The position numbers and the translations under genes are program-made. Below are positions 40,049-51,524 of a stretch of DNA of 64,000 nt, piece after piece (the stretch's first letter is position 1; every line of letters starts with the position of its first letter). The stretch comes from an uncultured Planctomycetaceae bacterium (GTDB taxonomy: Bacteria; Planctomycetota; Planctomycetia; Planctomycetales; Planctomycetaceae): assembly GCA_963815195.1 (NCBI GenBank), contig CAWFGE010000012.1, positions 896,001-960,000 on the forward strand. Reading direction: 5' to 3'. The notes beneath the pieces are model-generated. The model was not told the DNA's origin, did not search any database, and saw only the letters and a list, made by a program, of their open reading frames with translations.

Positions 40049-41192
40049 AAGCGGTTTACTGGGAACCTCGAAAAGTTTCGCAGAAGGCGTTGATCTTCAT
40101 CTGCGCTCTGGCCCTCGCGGGGCTCGCGTCTGCGGAATTGTGCAAACGCAACCTGCTGGGCTTGCCCGATGACTCCGAAAAATTCGCCGCGGCGAAACTG
40201 GCATCCCATGCCATAGAGACGATTCGCAAGGAACGCTTGGCGCGAAACCATCACTTCGATCCAGAGTTCGATCCCGCCCGGTCCGGGATGATCGGCGAGT
40301 ACCTCACGCCCACGACCAGCGTGACGGGGCATTTGGAATCCAAGCAGACTTCCGTGAATCCCAACTTCGCGGCCGCCATCGTGGACATGCTGCAACAGGC
40401 GGGCGTGAAAAAAGGCGACGTGGTCGCGGTGGGTTGTTCGGGTTCGTTCCCCACGCTCAACTTGTGCGCGTGTTGCGCCATCGAGACAATGGGGGTCAAG
40501 CCGATCATCGTGGCCAGCACCGGCGCTTCGCAATTTGGAGCGAACCGGCCCGATTGGCTCTGGATCGACATGGAACGCTTGCTGTTCGACAAAGGACTGA
40601 TTTCGTTTCATTCCGTCGCGGCTTCTTTGGGAGGTTACGAAGATCAAGCCGTCGGAATGACCGAGGAAGGGCGGGAACTGCTTCGCAAGGGAATCGAACG
40701 CAACCACCTGCCGATGATTCAAGATGAGGAGTTCACCGATTCCATCGACACCCGCATGAAGATCTATAAAGAGCATGCCGAGGGCCGGGCCATCAAAGCC
40801 TACATCAACATCGGTGGCGGAACGGTGTCGGTGGGCCGCAGCGTGGGCAAGAAACTGTACGAGCCGGGTTTGAATCTCACCGCCACGCCCGAAGCCATGC
40901 AGATCGATTCGGTGATGACCCGCTTCGCGCCCAGCAAACGCCTTTGATTCACATGGTCGAAGTTTTGCACATCGCCAAGGCCTATCACCTGCCCATCGCT
41001 CCCGCGGAAACGCCCAAAGCCGGCGAAGGGGCCTTGTTCTATGAAACTCATTTGCACCGCTGGCTGGCGGCGGGGGCATTGTTGATCCTCGGCCTGGTGT
41101 TCGCCAAAGTCTCCCGGCGGCCCGCGGCCGAAACGCTCCCGATCCTCACCTTGCCCATAAACGAAAACGCCGCTTCGCAGAAAGCCGCCTGA
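40045..41192 (+). CDS. pgsW: Poly-gamma-glutamate system protein PgsW, frameshift near 40930
   Basis: 'SGMIG', 'HLESKQTSVNPNFAA', 'SGSFP', 'ASQFGAN', 'YINIGGG'; C terminus in ORF 40944..41192. Confidence 0.85.
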
Positions 41193-41261
41193 ACCGACGA
41201 AACCGCATCTCAAAAGTCGCGCATCTTCCCTGCTGGGTTTGACGGTCAAACCCAAGACCGC

Positions 41262-41296
41262 GGGGCACCTCATCAAGATGATGGGGTGCCCCTTTT
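41262..41296 (+). terminator. Intrinsic terminator after the pgs operon
   Basis: GGGGCACCTCATC-loop-GATGGGGTGCCCC followed by TTTT. Confidence 0.65.
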
Positions 41297-41389
41297 CATT
41301 TGGGACCGCCTGCCGACTTCAAAGAGTTCCCGTTGTGTCGTACACTGTACATCAAGGCGGATTTCTCTTGGACACTTGGCGGATCGGGT

Positions 41390-42659
41390 ATGAGACGCGG
41401 CGTTGTTGTCGGATTGGGCTTGTTGCTGATGGCCGCTCGGCTGGGGGCGGGGGAGCCGGCCGTGATCGATTTGGACGACCCGCTGCCCTACGGACAACGG
41501 CCGATCGATTACTTCGGCCGCGAGACCGAAAATCCCGCGGAGCGATTGAAGGACCGGCTGGAAACCGGCCAGGCTCGGCTTAACAGCGAATCGGCCGTGG
41601 GCTATTTGAAGTCGCTGCTCGACGAGTTGGACATTTCGCCCGCTTCGCAGATGCTGGTGTATTCCAAGACGGCCCTCAATCCGCAGTTGGTCTCGCCGGA
41701 GACCCCGCGGGCGGTGTTCTTCAACGAGGACTGCTACGTCGGCTGGGTGCCCGGGGCGGCGGCCCTCGAAATCGCCGCGGTCGATCCTCGAAAGGGGCTG
41801 ATGTTCTACACGCTCAACCTTCCCAAACGGTCGGCGAAGGCAGAGCCGCCGCAACTTCCAAAGCGGGAAAGCCAATGCCTGGCCTGCCACGCGGGGACGT
41901 CGGCTTTGCGGGTGCCCGGCGGTTTGGTGCGGTCGTTTATCACCGATGAAACCGGCCGGCCTTTGTCGGGCTATTCGCGAATCACGCATCAAACGCCTTT
42001 CGCGAAACGCTTCGGCGGCTGGTACGTCACCGGCCAGCACGGGCGGCAGACACACCGCGGGAACATCATCGAACCCAAAGCCGGCCACTCGCCGAACCTC
42101 ATGCCGTCGCCCAACAACGTCAACGACTTGAAAGGCGTGTTCGACACTTCGCGCTACCCGGCGGACCACAGCGATCTGGTCGCGCAAATGGTGTTTCATC
42201 ATCAGATCCACGGGCAAAATCTGTTGATCCGCGCGGGTTACGAAGCGCGTTTCGGCAAACGCTCCGATGTGGAGGATCAGTTCGTCCGCTATCTGCTGTT
42301 TATCGATGAAGCCCCGCTCGCCGAGCCTGTCCAAGGCAGCACCGATTTCGCGAAGTGGTTCGCCGACCGCGGCAAGAAGGATTCCAAAGGGCGGTCTCTC
42401 CGCGACGGGAACCTCAAAACCCGCCTGTTTGAGCACCGCCTGAGTTACCTCATCGAAACCGAGCCTCTTCGACGCCCTGCCAAAGCCCGCCAAACTGCGG
42501 ATTCTTCAAAAACTCCACACCGTCCTTGCGGCCGAGATTCCCCCCAAACCGTTCGATAAAATTCCCGCGGCGGAGCGCCGGGCGGTTCTGGATCTTGTCC
42601 GCCAAATCAAAACCGACCTGCCGCCCGAATGGAGAGCGAAGGAGTTCGCTCCAAAATAG
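41390..42659 (+). CDS. Exported protein with a single CxxCH (putative cytochrome c), frameshift near 42464
   Basis: Signal peptide, 'SQMLVYSKT', 'CLACH', 'RFGGWYVTG'; tail FDALPKPAKLRIL...FAPK* in another frame. Confidence 0.75.
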
Positions 42660-42857
42660 TGCACGCGCCTTGGGCGGTTTCTTGGCATCGGGGTTCCCGA
42701 AACCTCCAAAATGAAACAACAGGGAACTGCACTTTGAAGCGCGCCTTGGAGAACGTGCGTGCGATCGGCGCGACTTTTCTTGTCGCCGCCAAGCCTCGAT
42801 CACCTTACCTGTCTCATCCCGGAGTTCAAGGTCAGCGAGAGCCGCTTGACTCGACGA

Positions 42858-44348
42858 TTACTTTGCGATCTCCCAGGAGACGCCCTTGCGAATCGAAACC
42901 AGATGCGCATGGGGCCGAAGGTCACGCGTTCTTCCCGGCTTGAATACGAAGACGACCTTCGACTTGCCGTTGTTTTTTTCGACTGTGAAAGTCAACTTGT
43001 CCTGACCGGAACCGGCCCATTGAAAGAACACGAGAAACTCCTGCTCGAAGTCGACCTGCTTGGCGATCTTTTCCGCCCTTGGTTCTCCAAAAACCTCGGC
43101 CAGCGAATTGCGAGTCTCGATCAGCGTTGGCTTCGTTCGACGAAAACCTTGTAAACTCGCCGCCCGAGGAGGCATGAAGCCTTTGATCTCCGCCGCGACT
43201 GACGCTTCGCCCTTTTCCTGCAACAACTTCACCGCAAATCTCGCAAAGAGAATCTTCTCATAGGCATTCTTTTCGCCGCCTTCGTAAAGACAGCCGATCG
43301 AACCGTCCGGCAAAACGGTTAGACAGGAATAGGCCGACGGTCCTTCATGGAGCAACAACGCGGCCGGCCACGTTTCTCCTTCATCGTGGCTGAGTCGCAC
43401 CGTCAGCCGTTCGCGTTTGGTCTTGGACGCCGGATTGGAAAACAGCAGCCTTCCGCCGCTGGCGTCGCCCTTGCCTGCGTACCGCAGCAAACTCCCTTGG
43501 CAAATTGGTTCGATCAGCGATTCGTCGAAACGCAGTTTTCCCCAGGTCTCGCCTCCGTCTTGGCTAACAGCCACCGCCCGCATTTTGTCTTTCTCCTGCT
43601 GCTTGCCGTCACGGCCCCAGTAATTCCGCATATTCATCATCAAGGTGCCGCCCTGCAGTTCCACAACCTGGCACTCGTCCGTATGCCGACCGACCGTTCC
43701 GCCGAGTTTCCAATTCTTGCCGTGGTCATCGCTGAAAATCGCATGCGCGAACATGACGCGTTTGCCATCGACTTGTTCGCTGTGGTCGCAGGGAACGACC
43801 AGCCGGCCTTTGTGCTGGCCGCGCGTCAGTTGAATGCCGACGCCTGGCCCTGTGGCGTACCAACCCCAATTGGACGGTTTGACGCTGCCCGAGATCGCCG
43901 TCGGCTTGACCCACGTCTGCCCGTCATCGTCGCTGTATGTGATCAAGACATCGTCGTTGTTGCGGCAGAAGGGAAGCCAGATCCGGCCCGTGGACTGATC
44001 CACGACCGGACAGGGATTGCCGATGGTGGTTTTCGCATCGCCGCCTTCCTCGTAAATAATCTGCGTCGGCTTCCACGTCTTGCCATTGTCGAGGGAGCGA
44101 CGCAGCAGCAGGTCCAAGTCCCCGTGGTCGGACCGACTCGACTTGCGGCCCTCGCAGAATGCCAGCACCGTTCCGTGGGGCGATACGATCACGGCGGGGA
44201 TGCGATAGGTGTGGTAGCCCCCCGCACCGCTGACAAAGACGTCAACTTTGGCCGGCACTTCACCCGCAAAAACGGCACCGCCCTCAAGGTACGCCACTGC
44301 CAGACAACCAAAGACCAGTGCGGCAGTGAATGTGTGCTTACAACTCAT
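42858..44348 (-). CDS. Sialidase family (GH33/BNR) protein with a C-terminal extra domain
   Basis: YRIP motif; Asp boxes SLDNGKTW, SDDDGQTW, SDDHGKNW, SQDGGETW, SHDEGETW; 'AYS'. Confidence 0.93.
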   Translation of the reverse strand: MSCKHTFTAALVFGCLAVAYLEGGAVFAGEVPAKVDVFVSGAGGYHTYRIPAVIVSPHGTVLAFCEGRKSSRSDHGDLDLLLRRSLDNGKTWKPTQIIYEEGGDAKTTIGNPCPVVDQSTGRIWLPFCRNNDDVLITYSDDDGQTWVKPTAISGSVKPSNWGWYATGPGVGIQLTRGQHKGRLVVPCDHSEQVDGKRVMFAHAIFSDDHGKNWKLGGTVGRHTDECQVVELQGGTLMMNMRNYWGRDGKQQEKDKMRAVAVSQDGGETWGKLRFDESLIEPICQGSLLRYAGKGDASGGRLLFSNPASKTKRERLTVRLSHDEGETWPAALLLHEGPSAYSCLTVLPDGSIGCLYEGGEKNAYEKILFARFAVKLLQEKGEASVAAEIKGFMPPRAASLQGFRRTKPTLIETRNSLAEVFGEPRAEKIAKQVDFEQEFLVFFQWAGSGQDKLTFTVEKNNGKSKVVFVFKPGRTRDLRPHAHLVSIRKGVSWEIAK

Positions 44349-44686
44349 GGCTATTTATTCCTGGAGAGTGGTGAAGGGGGATGGCTTGCGGACTAATTCA
44401 AGACTTGCATTTCGACGGCTTCGATCGCCAACGACGTTCGATTTGTCAAAGCGATTCTCACGTTCCGCTTTTGCGTTGACGTTCCGGTCGCCCCAATCGG
44501 CGACGCCATAGGTTCCGCTGATTCTCCGCATCTTACCGCCCTCCACCGTTTGATTCCAATCGTCGGCCGGGCGGCCTGCTGGTCCTGGGGGGAAAGATGG
44601 TTGGAAAACGGCCCGAATCGCTCGTCGGTGAGGACGTCAGCTCATACGAAATCGTGGCGCATGGTCCGCTAGTGCGGGGCCATTGG

Positions 44687-46794
44687 CTAGTTCCGCCGCT
44701 TGAGCACGATGAAATAGCCGTCGGTGCGGTCGGGGAGGAGTTCCCAGTCTTTGGGGCGGTTGCGGTATTCGGGGATGTCGGCGGGCGTCTTGATTTTGCT
44801 ATAGGGATGCTGGGTGTCGATGACGAGGTAATAGGTTTCGCCGGGGACCGGATTCGTGAGTTCTTTATCCGTGGCGCACTTGTAGGAACTGTAGTCATAG
44901 GACCTGGCATAGTGGGTGAACCGGGGATGCACGAAGTCCGTGGAGAACACGCGGGCGGTTTTGGGGATTTCATCGATGACGATCGCAAACACTTTCGCTC
45001 GCTCGCTTAGACAATATCGCTTTTTCCAATAGATGTTCGAATCCGGATCCCAAAACCCGATGCCTAGAGGACTCATGCTATAAAATACACCGGTGCAGAA
45101 GGCCGAGGCGAATAGAAACGATGCCGCCCAACGAGTTCTATAAAAATCGCTTATAGGATTCGCATCCTTTTTCTTAAAAAATCGCAAGATGCTGGGAAAC
45201 CTTGCGACGCCCGCGGTCGTGGCCCAGAGGATGATCGGCACAAGCGGGGCGTGGAAATGATGTTGCGGCGTGCGGTCGATTTGGTTCAGGCAAAGAATTC
45301 CAAACAGCGGCAACGCGACGAGCAATCGGCTGGGCGAGAGTAACGCGATGGCACCCAGTGGAATAAGAGGCACAGCGGCATACATGGGCGTCGTCACCGC
45401 GAAGAGTTCAGAAAACAGCAGCTTGGGATTGCCCAGGATGTTCCGCACGACTTCGCCAAGCGTGGAGCCGAATTGCGGAAAATAGCCGACGTAGTGCACC
45501 TCGTCCCCGCTGCGGAACCAGGGGATGATATATTTCACGGCTAGTATTAAATACACAGTGCTGAACACCGCGAGCCCGATCCCATACCAACGCAGCCGGC
45601 CCGGTTTTGCTGGTGTATTGAGGTCAGGGTTCTTCTTAATATCGCTGGGCTGGAACAGAGCGATCCAAACTCCTAGCGGAGCCAGAACGATCGCATAGTC
45701 TTCTTTAGCCGATAGCGCAACGAGCCAAAATAATAGGGCCGACTTCATGCGGCCGCGTTCGAGTTGGTCGAGACCATATAAGACGAGAGGCACGCCAAAC
45801 GCGATGGGGCGGAAGGTTTTCAGGTCAATCGCGATGTCGATATATTGCAGCGGAAAGTAAAGGAGATAGGCGATCGCCACGCACAGTCCTGAGCGCGGCG
45901 AGCCGGTATGCCTCCGCGTCATCCAAAATATCGGGAACGCCCCCGAGGCGAGGGCCAGCGATTCGCAGAGGTCCATCGTCATCAGCGACGGCCAAATCAA
46001 ATAGATCGGCAACAGCAACACGTGCACCACTTGCAGATGCTCGCCGAGGAACAGGCGGTCTTCCTGGTAGCTGCGAAAGCCTTTGCCGTGGGTGAGGTTC
46101 CAGAGGTGTTCCTCATACATCGCCGAGTCGCCGTGGGGCACGAGCAGGTTGCGGTAGAGCCTGCCAGTTCATCGCCGTGAACACGATCACATAAATCCCA
46201 GCCGCGATCGCCACGCCCCAAAACGCGGCCCGCGAAATTCTTCGATGTCTCCGAAATAGAACGTTCCGAAGCGGGTGGGGACATTAAGCTTCCAAAAGTC
46301 GCCAGCCAACCCGCGAAGGCGCTCGCCATCCACAGGGGCGAGGTCTCCACCAAAAAGACTCCGAAGGAATTGGTTTCCCCCAACAGCGGGGCAAAGATGC
46401 GGGCCGCCTCCCAAGCGGCCGGGATCAAACCCCACAGCCAACCGAAGAGTCCCCAGCGGCCGAGAGCCGAGGTAAACGATTTTCCAGACCGGCGGGAGAT
46501 CAGCCAACCGCCTGCAAACCAGCACACCAAACCGCTCGCCAGGTTGATGGCAAAAATCGGCGCGTAACCGGGGTCGGCTTCGAAGATTCCCGTTTGCGGT
46601 TGAAAGGCGAGGTGGCTGCCTAAGAGTTCGACCAGCCGCGACCAGAGGCCGCCGCTCAGAAATCGGCTGGAAATCGGGCCGCTCTGCAAAATCGACTGGA
46701 GGGCCAATGAGCAGAGCGCCGTCGCCAGCACCACGCACAATCCGCCCCGCCAAGGCGAAGGGGAAGAACGCGGAGGATTCGGCGGAGCGGGCAT
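44687..46794 (-). CDS. DUF2079-like (GT-C fold) membrane protein, frameshift near 46160
   Basis: 'HGDSAMYEEHLWN', 'FLGEH', 'KED', many TM helices; N terminus in ORF 45997..46800. Confidence 0.8.
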
Positions 46795-47100
46795 GGACAA
46801 TCAGCGGGGCGAAATTCAACGCTGCGGGCGAAAATTGGGCGGCAACATATGATCTTAGCAGATTTGGCCTGGAAGCGAATTGTGCCCGGGCTTGAAACTT
46901 GTGTTCATTGACCTGGGCAATTCGGGGGGAATTTGTATGATGGACGCGGTTCCGGAACGTGGATTTTCCGTTCCAAAACCTTCAAATCCCCATTCGATTG
47001 TGGTAGCCTCGTGTTGATCTACTAAATGTGGGGCCGGTTTCGCGTGCGGTGGCATGGGGAATCCAACCGCAAAACGCCTTGGCTTTCTGGGACCCCGTTG

Positions 47101-47757
47101 ATGTTGCAGCCTTCCACGCCGCCCTCCGCCCGGATCTATTGTGCGGGGCCGTTGTTCAATCAGGCCGAGCGGGACGAGATGACCGCGATTGCCGACGCCC
47201 TTTGCGAAACCGGTTTCACGGTGTATTTGCCGCACCGGGACGGCATGGAGTTTCGGCTGGTGCTCGAGGAACTTGTCGAGCGCGGCTGGCCGGCTCCCTT
47301 GGCGGCTCAGTTTTTGCACGCGGCGATTTTTGCGCTGGACGTATATCAACTCGCGGAGGAATGCCAGGCCGTCGCCTGGAATTTGAACGGCCGGGTTCCG
47401 GATGAGGGGGCGGTTTCGGAAGCGGCCATCGCCTGGACGCTGGGCAAGCCGATCGTGGCCTACATGGATGATGTGCGGTCGCTGATTTCCGGCCGCGTGA
47501 ACCCGATGCTGGTCGGACTTGTGGAGTTTGAAACCAAAGCCGCGATCGGCGATCTGCCGGTGGCGATCCGGGCCGCCCTCGAAGCCGAGGATCACGCGCC
47601 GATTCCGTTCGAGGATTTGCCGCCTCGGATGCGGCGGGCGATTTCCGACGGCCGGAAACTCTGGGGGGCCATGCAAAAAGCCGACGCCCAACTGGACAAC
47701 GAGGTGATCGCCGAAGTCGTGGCCGAGTTGTTTGCGCCCACATCGTCGGTGGGATAA
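47101..47757 (+). CDS. Nucleoside 2-deoxyribosyltransferase-family protein
   Basis: 'IYCAGPLFNQAER', 'YLPHRDG', 'PDEGAVSEAAIAWTLGKP'. Confidence 0.85.
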   Translation: MLQPSTPPSARIYCAGPLFNQAERDEMTAIADALCETGFTVYLPHRDGMEFRLVLEELVERGWPAPLAAQFLHAAIFALDVYQLAEECQAVAWNLNGRVPDEGAVSEAAIAWTLGKPIVAYMDDVRSLISGRVNPMLVGLVEFETKAAIGDLPVAIRAALEAEDHAPIPFEDLPPRMRRAISDGRKLWGAMQKADAQLDNEVIAEVVAELFAPTSSVG

Positions 47758-47783
47758 CTTTTGCGGATGGGGAACCTGAGACC

Positions 47784-49118
47784 ATGCCTCATCCTCTTCT
47801 AGACATTCCCGAGTTGGCCCAATTGGAGGCGGGGCGGGGTCTCGTCCGAATCCCGATGGAGCAGGATGTTCCCTTCACGCCCCGCGTGCGGGCGTTGGTC
47901 GATACCCGCGAGTTTCAGCGGCTCCGGCATGTTTCGCAGTTGGGCTTGACTTCGCTGGTGTACCCGGGGGCGACGCATACGCGGTTCGAGCACGCGCTCG
48001 GCGTGTTTCATAATTCGCTCCGGTATCTCTCGCAGTTGGGGAAAGATCCCCGCTTTGCCGAGGTCTTCGATCCGCACGGGGCGGAGCTCTTGATGGCGTC
48101 GGCCTTGCTCCACGACCTGGGGCATTGGCCGTTTTGCCATGCGATCGAGGATTTGTCGCTGGCGGAACTCAATTCGCACGAGGCCTATGCTGCGGAGTTC
48201 TTGGGGCCGCATTGCGAGTTGGCCCAAGTGCTAAAAGACGATTGGAATATCGGGCCCGCCGAGCTTTTGGATGTGCTTGCGGGCGGGACGGACACGCCGG
48301 CTTTGCGTTTGATTCGCTCGGTGCTTTCCGGGCCGATCGACATCGACAAGATGGACTATCTCGACCGGGACAGCCTGCATTGCGGCGTGCCTTACGGACG
48401 GAACTTCGATCGCGGGCGGCTGATGCAGTCGCTGGTGCTCAATGAAAACGCCGACGGCCTGGCGGTCACCAGCAAAGGCCGGACGGCGGCGGAGTTGATG
48501 GTGTTTGCCCGCTATGTGATGTTCAGCGAGGTGTATTGGCACCACGCCGTGCGCGCGGCGACGTGCATGTTCGCCCGCGGGTTTTACGAATTGCGGGAAG
48601 GCATCGATCTTTCGCATTTCTTCCAGCAGACCGAAGCCGAGACCATCGCCGAGCTTCGCCGCCGGGCGGCGGGAACGACCTGCGAACCCTTGCTCGAAGG
48701 TCTGTTCGGTTCCAAACGCCGGCTGTATAAATCGGTCGTGGAGTTCAGTTTCTATCAAACGCCCGAACTCTATCAGCCCTTGGCCCGCCAACCTTTCGAG
48801 CATTTGCTGGACCTCTCCAGACAACTCATCGACCGCATATCCTCGGCGACTGGCGACCGGCTGGCTCCGACCGATGTGCTGATTGATGCCCCGCCGCCGC
48901 ACCGCGAAGTGGAATTCCACGTGCCGATTTATTTCCCCAAGGAAGACATTTACCGCCCGCTGCATCAAGTCTCGCCCGTGGTGGAATCTCTGGCTCAAAA
49001 GCAGTTCGACGATTACGTGAAGCGGGTGCGGATCTTCGTGCATCCCGACCGCGTTTCCGCCGTCGCCTCGCAGGTCCTTCCCTGTTTGAGCGAACTGATT
49101 GCAGACCGAGCCAATTGA
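47784..49118 (+). CDS. HD-domain phosphohydrolase (SAMHD1-like dNTPase family)
   Basis: 'FQRLRHVSQLG..VYPGATHTRFEH', 'LLHDLGH.PF.H', 'DIDKMDYLDRD'. Confidence 0.9.
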   Translation: MPHPLLDIPELAQLEAGRGLVRIPMEQDVPFTPRVRALVDTREFQRLRHVSQLGLTSLVYPGATHTRFEHALGVFHNSLRYLSQLGKDPRFAEVFDPHGAELLMASALLHDLGHWPFCHAIEDLSLAELNSHEAYAAEFLGPHCELAQVLKDDWNIGPAELLDVLAGGTDTPALRLIRSVLSGPIDIDKMDYLDRDSLHCGVPYGRNFDRGRLMQSLVLNENADGLAVTSKGRTAAELMVFARYVMFSEVYWHHAVRAATCMFARGFYELREGIDLSHFFQQTEAETIAELRRRAAGTTCEPLLEGLFGSKRRLYKSVVEFSFYQTPELYQPLARQPFEHLLDLSRQLIDRISSATGDRLAPTDVLIDAPPPHREVEFHVPIYFPKEDIYRPLHQVSPVVESLAQKQFDDYVKRVRIFVHPDRVSAVASQVLPCLSELIADRAN

Positions 49119-49143
49119 GCGTTTTTCGGACGGGTTTGGAGCG

Positions 49144-49176
49144 AAAAAAAGCCCAACCGGTCGGGACGGTTGGGCT
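49144..49176 (-). terminator. Intrinsic terminator for the RRM gene
   Basis: AGCCCAACCG-7nt-CGGTTGGGCT with a T run on the minus strand. Confidence 0.8.
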
Positions 49177-49205
49177 GATTATGGCGACTCGAACGAATTC
49201 GAGGC

Positions 49206-49502
49206 TTAATAGTTGCTGCGGTATCCGCCGCCGCCGCCGCCACCGCCACGCGAGCGGTTTTCGCGGGGGCGGGCTTCGTTGACCGTGAGGGCACGGCCAT
49301 TCAGTTCTTTACCATTCATGCCTTCGATGGCTTCGTCGCCTCCGGATTCCATTTCGACGAAACCGAAACCGCGGGAGCGGCCGGTTTCGCGGTCGGAAAT
49401 CACTTGGGCGCGGGCCACCGTGCCATAAGCGGAAAAGGCTTCACGCAAATCTTCGTCCGTGGTGGTAAAGGGGAGGTTCCCTACATACAAATTCTTACTC
49501 AT
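49206..49502 (-). CDS. RRM (RNP-1) RNA-binding protein with Gly-rich tail
   Basis: LYVGNL (RNP2), RGFGFVEM (RNP1). Confidence 0.97.
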   Translation of the reverse strand: MSKNLYVGNLPFTTTDEDLREAFSAYGTVARAQVISDRETGRSRGFGFVEMESGGDEAIEGMNGKELNGRALTVNEARPRENRSRGGGGGGGGYRSNY

Positions 49503-50127
49503 ACTCATCCTCTATGAGCCCCAATCGGCTCAACACAAAACAAAAACTCAGACAAGGCGACCGCAAAATTGCAGTCCGGAAGTGCAACGACATTCGGCCC
49601 GGCCCACCACGAACAACTCTCTCCAAAAACGACCGTCCCGACCGGCCGACCTTTGAGCAGAAAACTTGTCGCTGACCTTCTAATGTCCTGGATTTGGTCG
49701 CAAGAATGGCTGAGTTGCCTGATGAGGAAAACCTCAGAATTCGACGAACAGACGCAGGAACGCGGCTGACAGACGTGGCATTTCCTTTCGTGTGAACCCA
49801 TGCCCACACGATGTGTCGTATAATACACCAAGTTCGGCACGGGAAACATGGAATTTTTGGGTTTTCCTAAAATTTTTCACATCGGCCTATTTTTCGGATC
49901 ACGAAAAACGCGTCCGCAAATCGCGATGCAACCACGAAATCGATCCCAAGCGTTCTCCCGCCCCCGCCGGAAATGCTCAAACCTCGCTTCCCCGACGCCG
50001 ATGCCATTGAAGATCACGCGGCCGAATGGTCGCCCGGCCTCATGGCGGCATCTTGCCTCGCCATTCGATCTCGGCGGTTGGAAGCCGCCCTGACGGAAGA
50101 CATCCGAAAACTGAGAGGACAACCGCG

Positions 50128-50994
50128 ATGAGTCTGTTTCGCCTGGGGGCTTTTTCGAGTTTTCTGATCCTTCTGCAATCGCCGGTGCTGTTTGCGGGGG
50201 TGATCTATGTGGACAACCTGCGCGGGAACGATATTTTCGACGGCACAACCAACAACGCCATCAATCAATACAGCGGTCCCGTGCGGACGCTCCAGCGGGG
50301 GCTGCAACTCATGGGGCACGGCGACGTTTTGAACATCGCCAACACCGGCCGGCCGTATTACGAATCGATGGAACTCGTGGGCGGACGCTTCAGCGGCGAA
50401 CCCTTGCACCCGCTCATCATCGAAGGCAACGGGGCCGAACTCAACGGCTCCTTTCCCGTGCCTGCGCTCGCGTGGCGCAAAGCCGGCAAGCAGCTTTGGA
50501 GAATCACCCCGGTCCGCAAAGGGTTTTATGTTTTGATCCGGGACGACAAACCGCTGCCCGAAGTGCCCGTTCCCGCAAACGCCCGCCAGCTTCCCGCCAT
50601 TCCGGAAGGCCAATGGGCCGCTTGGAAGGGATCGATTTATTTCCGCACGAGCCCGATCGAGTATCCGGAGGATCTCAATTTATGGATCGCCGTCCGTAGC
50701 GTGGGGGTGACGCTGTACGACGTGCACAATGTCGTGGTGCGGAACCTCAAAGTCCGGCAGTTTCGCATCGACGGCTTCAATGCCCACGACCGCGCCAAAA
50801 ACGTCGTGCTGGAGAACATCACCGCCGAGGAAAACGGCCGGGCGGGCGTCACCGCGGCGGGGACTTCGTTCCTGATCCTGGAAAAGCCCACCATCAAGAA
50901 CAATCGCAAGTATTCGGTGCTGATCACCGAAAAAGCCGGCGTCAAAATCGACGACGAAAGCCAGGTCGCCCCGCCGCCCACCATCGCCGAGTGA
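50128..50994 (+). CDS. Exported right-handed beta-helix (pectin-lyase-like) protein
   Basis: Signal peptide, 'IYVDN..GND', 'IIEGNGA', 'DGFNAHD', 'ENGRAG'. Confidence 0.8.
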   Translation: MSLFRLGAFSSFLILLQSPVLFAGVIYVDNLRGNDIFDGTTNNAINQYSGPVRTLQRGLQLMGHGDVLNIANTGRPYYESMELVGGRFSGEPLHPLIIEGNGAELNGSFPVPALAWRKAGKQLWRITPVRKGFYVLIRDDKPLPEVPVPANARQLPAIPEGQWAAWKGSIYFRTSPIEYPEDLNLWIAVRSVGVTLYDVHNVVVRNLKVRQFRIDGFNAHDRAKNVVLENITAEENGRAGVTAAGTSFLILEKPTIKNNRKYSVLITEKAGVKIDDESQVAPPPTIAE

Positions 50995-51003
50995 GAAAAG
51001 TCG

Positions 51004-51348
51004 CTACTTCGCGAGCAGTCGTTCCACGGCTTGGATCAGGTCCCGGTAGTGGAACGGTTGCGAGAGATAATGCTCCCGCGAATCTTTGCCGGCCGCAGGT
51101 CGTGGCACGCTCAGGGAACCAATAATCACCCGCGGGACATCGGGCCAGGAATCGTTCACTTCGAAATCCGAAGCCTCGTGGTCTTCGTGCCAAACCACCA
51201 CGTGCGGCGGTGGGAGAGGCGGGACGGAGGCGGCCCCATGCCTGCGGATGCGGTTGACTTCCAAGCCCTGCGGTTCCAGCACCGCTTTCAAAACCTCTTC
51301 GGTTTCCCGCAGCCCATCCACGACGAGAACGCGTTGTCCGTTGGTCAC
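51004..51348 (-). CDS. Degenerate receiver-like protein
   Basis: 'RVLVVDG..ETEEVLKAVLE', 'QPFHYRDLIQAVERLL'. Confidence 0.7.
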   Translation of the reverse strand: MTNGQRVLVVDGLRETEEVLKAVLEPQGLEVNRIRRHGAASVPPLPPPHVVVWHEDHEASDFEVNDSWPDVPRVIIGSLSVPRPAAGKDSREHYLSQPFHYRDLIQAVERLLAK

Positions 51349-51524
51349 CTGGCCGTCCTTCCCTGGGGTGTTTTCGACGCGAAGTCCTCCTGACCCCGCC
51401 ACTTGACGCGTCCAGCCCTCCTCGTCAAGCGGCGAGAGAATAGCGGGATTTCCAGGCCGGCTCAAGTGCGGATTGCCGGGCGTTTTTTTGCAGATTTCCC
51501 GCGGCTTCCGAATCGCCCAGGTTC

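Noticed and set aside
45000..45870. Diversity-generating retroelement target
   Set aside because: No template-repeat/variable-repeat pair and no reverse transcriptase in the window.
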